DNA of 37,451 nt from Octopus bimaculoides (taxonomy: Eukaryota), in the NCBI RefSeq assembly GCF_001194135.2, contig NC_068985.1, forward strand, positions 33,825,503-33,862,953. Direction: 5' to 3'. The notes beneath the pieces are model-generated. The model made no database searches. It had not been told where the DNA came from and saw only the letters and a list, made by a program, of their open reading frames with translations. Of the stretch, positions 34,081 to 37,451 are shown one piece after another; position 1 is the stretch's first letter; each line of letters opens with the position of its first letter. The position numbers were made by a program, and so were the translations under genes.

Positions 34081-35409
34081 TTCTCTGCTCAGAAAGAGCT
34101 TCACTAACACAGCAGAACTCATAAATGAGCAATACTCGTCTATTTTCATTTTTTCTTTTATTCATTAACTAGCTAAAAAGCCGCACTCCATTCATTCATG
34201 TTAAAATTGCTTCTTCTAGTGGAAGTGAGTGTAATACAAGCATTGTTAATATAAGCACTATTGATACAAACATAAATGGATAAATAATTGAAATAAATAA
34301 AAAGCTGCTAATTGGTTAATTCATTATAAGTAGAGAGAAAAGAAATAGGGAGTTCGTTAATTGACTAAATAAGTAATCCTGTCTCATTTTGGTGCATGCA
34401 GTAATGTGGATGAGACTACTGGTGGGGGAGCTATGAGAGCCATCTGGTACAGAGGAAAGACTTCCAGCACCAGTGGTGGGGGTGGAACCATGAGAGGGTA
34501 CAGAGGAGAGATTTCTGGTATAGTTGATGGGGGAAGGAATGGGTGGGTACATCGTGAATAAGGAAGGACAGAAAGATTACTCCTTTCTGAACCATGACAG
34601 AAATAAAGAGACAGAGGGAGAACAGAGAAATCAGGGAAGAAATATCATAAATCGTAAATCAGGGAAGAAAGATTGTAAAAACTGAAGTGGGAGGAGGGGT
34701 GTCAAAGGTCAGGGTGTATATCTGATGAGTAACAGAATTACAATTATGATAAGTTAGTTTAAATTATATTAAATTACCAGCAGACAGATGGCGGGATAGG
34801 GGAAGTTTTAGGAAGATAGATTGTGGGAGAGAGGTTTATCATGGACAGACTGTGTACAGAGGCATAGACATAAATGACATGCCTTTATGGCCTCAATTTT
34901 ACTTAGCTGGACAGGTAGAAATGCAAATAGATGGATGATGTACGATTAAAGCAAATCAACAGGTACCACACAAATCATCTTTTGGCAAGAATACAACAGC
35001 ATTGACCACTCTAAAATATTCCATTTCTTTATTCTTGTTGGACTTAACTCTCCTCCCCACTGTTCTCAGTTACTATTATTCTTATCTTTTTTTTATTTCT
35101 GTTTATATACCTATTTTTCTTTTTTCTTTATATCATTTACTCTTCTTCTTCTTACATGCTTTTGTATTTTTATATATATATTCTTTTATATTTTTTCCCT
35201 TTTTTGTATATATATTTTGTATGTAAACTTGTAAGAAAAAGTCTTTTGCTATTTAAGAAACCAGTAAAACATACATTTTTCAGTTTGAAAACGGCTACGA
35301 GAAGCTTGGAACTCATATCAGAGTAACTCGCTGTAAACATTATTATTAAGATTAAAATAAAAATTATTCCCTGAAAGAAGCCATCTCTACTCATTCTTTC
35401 AAATATATA

Positions 35410-35574
35410 TCATCATCATCATCATCGTTTAACGTCCGCTTTCCATGCTAGCATGGGTTGGACGATTTGACTGAGGACTGGTGAAACCGGATGGCAACAC
35501 CAGGCTCCAGTCTGATTTGGCAGAGTTTCTACAGCTGGATGCCCTTCCTAACGCCAACCACTCAGAGAGTGTAG
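35410..35574 (-). mobile_element. Young RTE-type retroposon 3' end
   Basis: Reverse complement nearly identical to the 3' part of 9044-9364. Confidence 0.85.
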
Positions 35575-35607
35575 GCATATATATNNNNNNNNNNNNNNNN
35601 NNNNNNN

Positions 35608-35644
<37 letters not shown>

Positions 35645-35651
35645 ATATATC

Positions 35652-36300
35652 ACCATCATCATCATTTAATGTCCATTTTCCATGCTTGCAAGGCTTGGAT
35701 GGTTTGACAGAAGCTGGGAAGTCAGAAAATTGAGTCAAGCATGACTGTTTGTTTTAGCATGGTGTCTATGGTTTGATGACCTTCCTAATGTCAACCACTT
35801 TAGTGAGTGCTTTTTACATGGCAGTAGCATTGGTGAGGTCACCAACTAATTTACAAGACGGGATTCCCTCAATTGAGGTGGGGAATATTATTGATGAAAA
35901 GTTAGAGTATGATAGAAGGACAGAAAGAAGTGTTTTGCAGTAAAGGCAATACATGGTTACTTTAGTAGGAGAGGAGAAAGAGGAAAGAGAGAGAAGCGGA
36001 GGTAAATCTGATGATAGGGTGTACACTCAAGATGCAGTGAGATGTATGTAATTGAAGTGGGACTAAGAATTGAATAGAGTGGGTAGGTACTTTTGTAAGA
36101 TTGCAAAAGGAGACTGAGAGTTGGAGGGGAGAGAATGCAGTGAGTGGACACAGAGAGGGAGCAGGTGTTAGGGGTATTTGTAGTGGAGAAGAAATTCAAC
36201 AGGAATACATTATGTGCAGGTTGGTTTGCAAGGGTGTGAAGGGAGAGTAGAAGATAGAGAGGTGGGAAATACAGCAAGTGGTTGACTCAGGTGGGGGGAC
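35652..36300 (-). mobile_element. Old retroposon with RTE-type tail and purine-rich (+ strand) body; includes the region after the 23-N gap at 35585-35607
   Basis: (cat)n tail, ttccatgc, ccttcctaatgtcaaccac and ggtgaggtcacca shared with 25090-25683. Confidence 0.55.
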
Positions 36301-37127
36301 AGGGGAAGTTTTAGGAAGATAGGTTGTGGGGGAGAGGTTTGTCATCAATGATATGCCTTTATGGCCTCAATTTTACTTAGCTGGACAAGGCTTCTCAAGC
36401 ACAGCAAATTGCCAATCTTCTCAGTCCGTTAATCATCATCATTTTACATTTTTTCCCCCAAAATTTACTTTGTTTTGGGTTGGTCTTTCTATCATGGAAT
36501 TTCCTCATTTGTTGCAATCCTTTGTTTAGTCTTTCATTAGATTCGACCTATTGAGATAATATCAGTTTTTTCCCATGTCTCCCTTTGTCTTTGTTTCCCG
36601 CAGATTCCTACTCTTTGGATCATTTGACACTTCTTTACCCATTTGTCATTCTCCATATACATCACATGTCTACTTCATTCCTGATCTGGTTACTAGTCCC
36701 TCTAAGCATTCACCTACAAATTAGATCACATCGGCAAGAGTAGCTATTGATTACTTTTAGGGAATCTTAGGAGCATTCAAAAGATTTTATTTCATGGTTA
36801 CACCTATAGGAAAGTGGGTTATACATCATTAGATGTATACCTGACTTTCCTATATAAAATTAGAAATATAACGGAACGCTGAACTCCAGACTATCAACTT
36901 AAACAACATTTATTCAGGTGGTTAATATATACATCTTTAGCTCTTGTTTGTTGTTACAGCTTCTGTGTGTGTGAGCATTGTTGTTGGGACGTTGGTATGT
37001 AGATGTAAGCGAGCTGTCGAGCGTAAGTTCGAAAGATGGAGAGAGACAGATAAACATGCCCATGCTCAATCGCTGGCCAGCAAGAAAGAGACAGAATAGA
37101 AGCGGGAACGCTTGGTTGTTGAATTCC

Positions 37128-37170
37128 ACGCATGCGTGAGACTACGCATGCGTGAGACTACGCATGCGCA
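37128..37170. promoter_or_regulatory. Three tandem palindromic ACGCATGCG(T/C) motifs with a 16-bp period in a CpG-rich patch; NRF1-like sites
   Basis: acgcatgcgt-gagact-acgcatgcgt-gagact-acgcatgcgca; the repeat is certain, the regulatory role is inferred. Confidence 0.55.
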
Positions 37171-37451
37171 CGGCGTTACTACAGGGCTCCCTTGCCAGTG
37201 CGGAAACGCATGATAATATGAAATCTGTTGGAACGCCTGAGGCAGGATGGCCACCGAAACCACCCACAAGATGTGGTACAAACACACACAAAGAAAAATC
37301 AAAGAAATGAATGTACACTTGTGAGATACAAGCATGCAATGTTTCTGAAAGGAAAGAAAATATATGAGTGCACAAGTGTGTGTGTGAGAAAAACACAGAA
37401 CATAGTAAAAGTGTCTGTAGAGAAAAAATCCAGTTCGTACAAGAGTCCCAC

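Noticed and set aside
23400-37451. IFT80 or another head-to-head protein gene
   Set aside because: I looked for an MRLK/MRFK start and WD40 exons and found none; all recognisable peptides are transposon-derived. A BLASTX would be decisive.

Overview
AT-rich, repeat-dense eukaryotic genomic DNA, most likely a cephalopod (the SINE/RTE repeats look like those I associate with Octopus; the species is inferred, not shown). The left 23 kb holds the 5' half of a condensin SMC4 gene on the minus strand. I can chain 14 coding exons (21144 down to 2312; 2033 nt, about 677 aa: Walker A head, coiled coil, start of hinge) with consistent splice phases, and the gene runs off the left edge. A probable non-coding first exon and a housekeeping-type promoter lie at about 23020-23160. 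The introns and the right 14 kb are filled with decayed transposons: a ~2.85 kb piggyBac with TTAA TSDs, mariner, pogo/Tigger, a Chapaev3-like transposase, an RTE LINE, RTE 3' ends, tRNA-derived SINEs and several MITEs. There are also microsatellites and three N gaps. I found no convincing second protein gene, RNA gene or CRISPR array, and no clearly novel multi-gene system. The most notable oddities are a partially duplicated SMC4 exon that keeps its donor site, a probable GC donor with a piggyBac inserted 26 nt away, tandem MYB-like and NRF1-like motif arrays, an 85-bp MITE with a 9-bp TSD, and several long palindromes.
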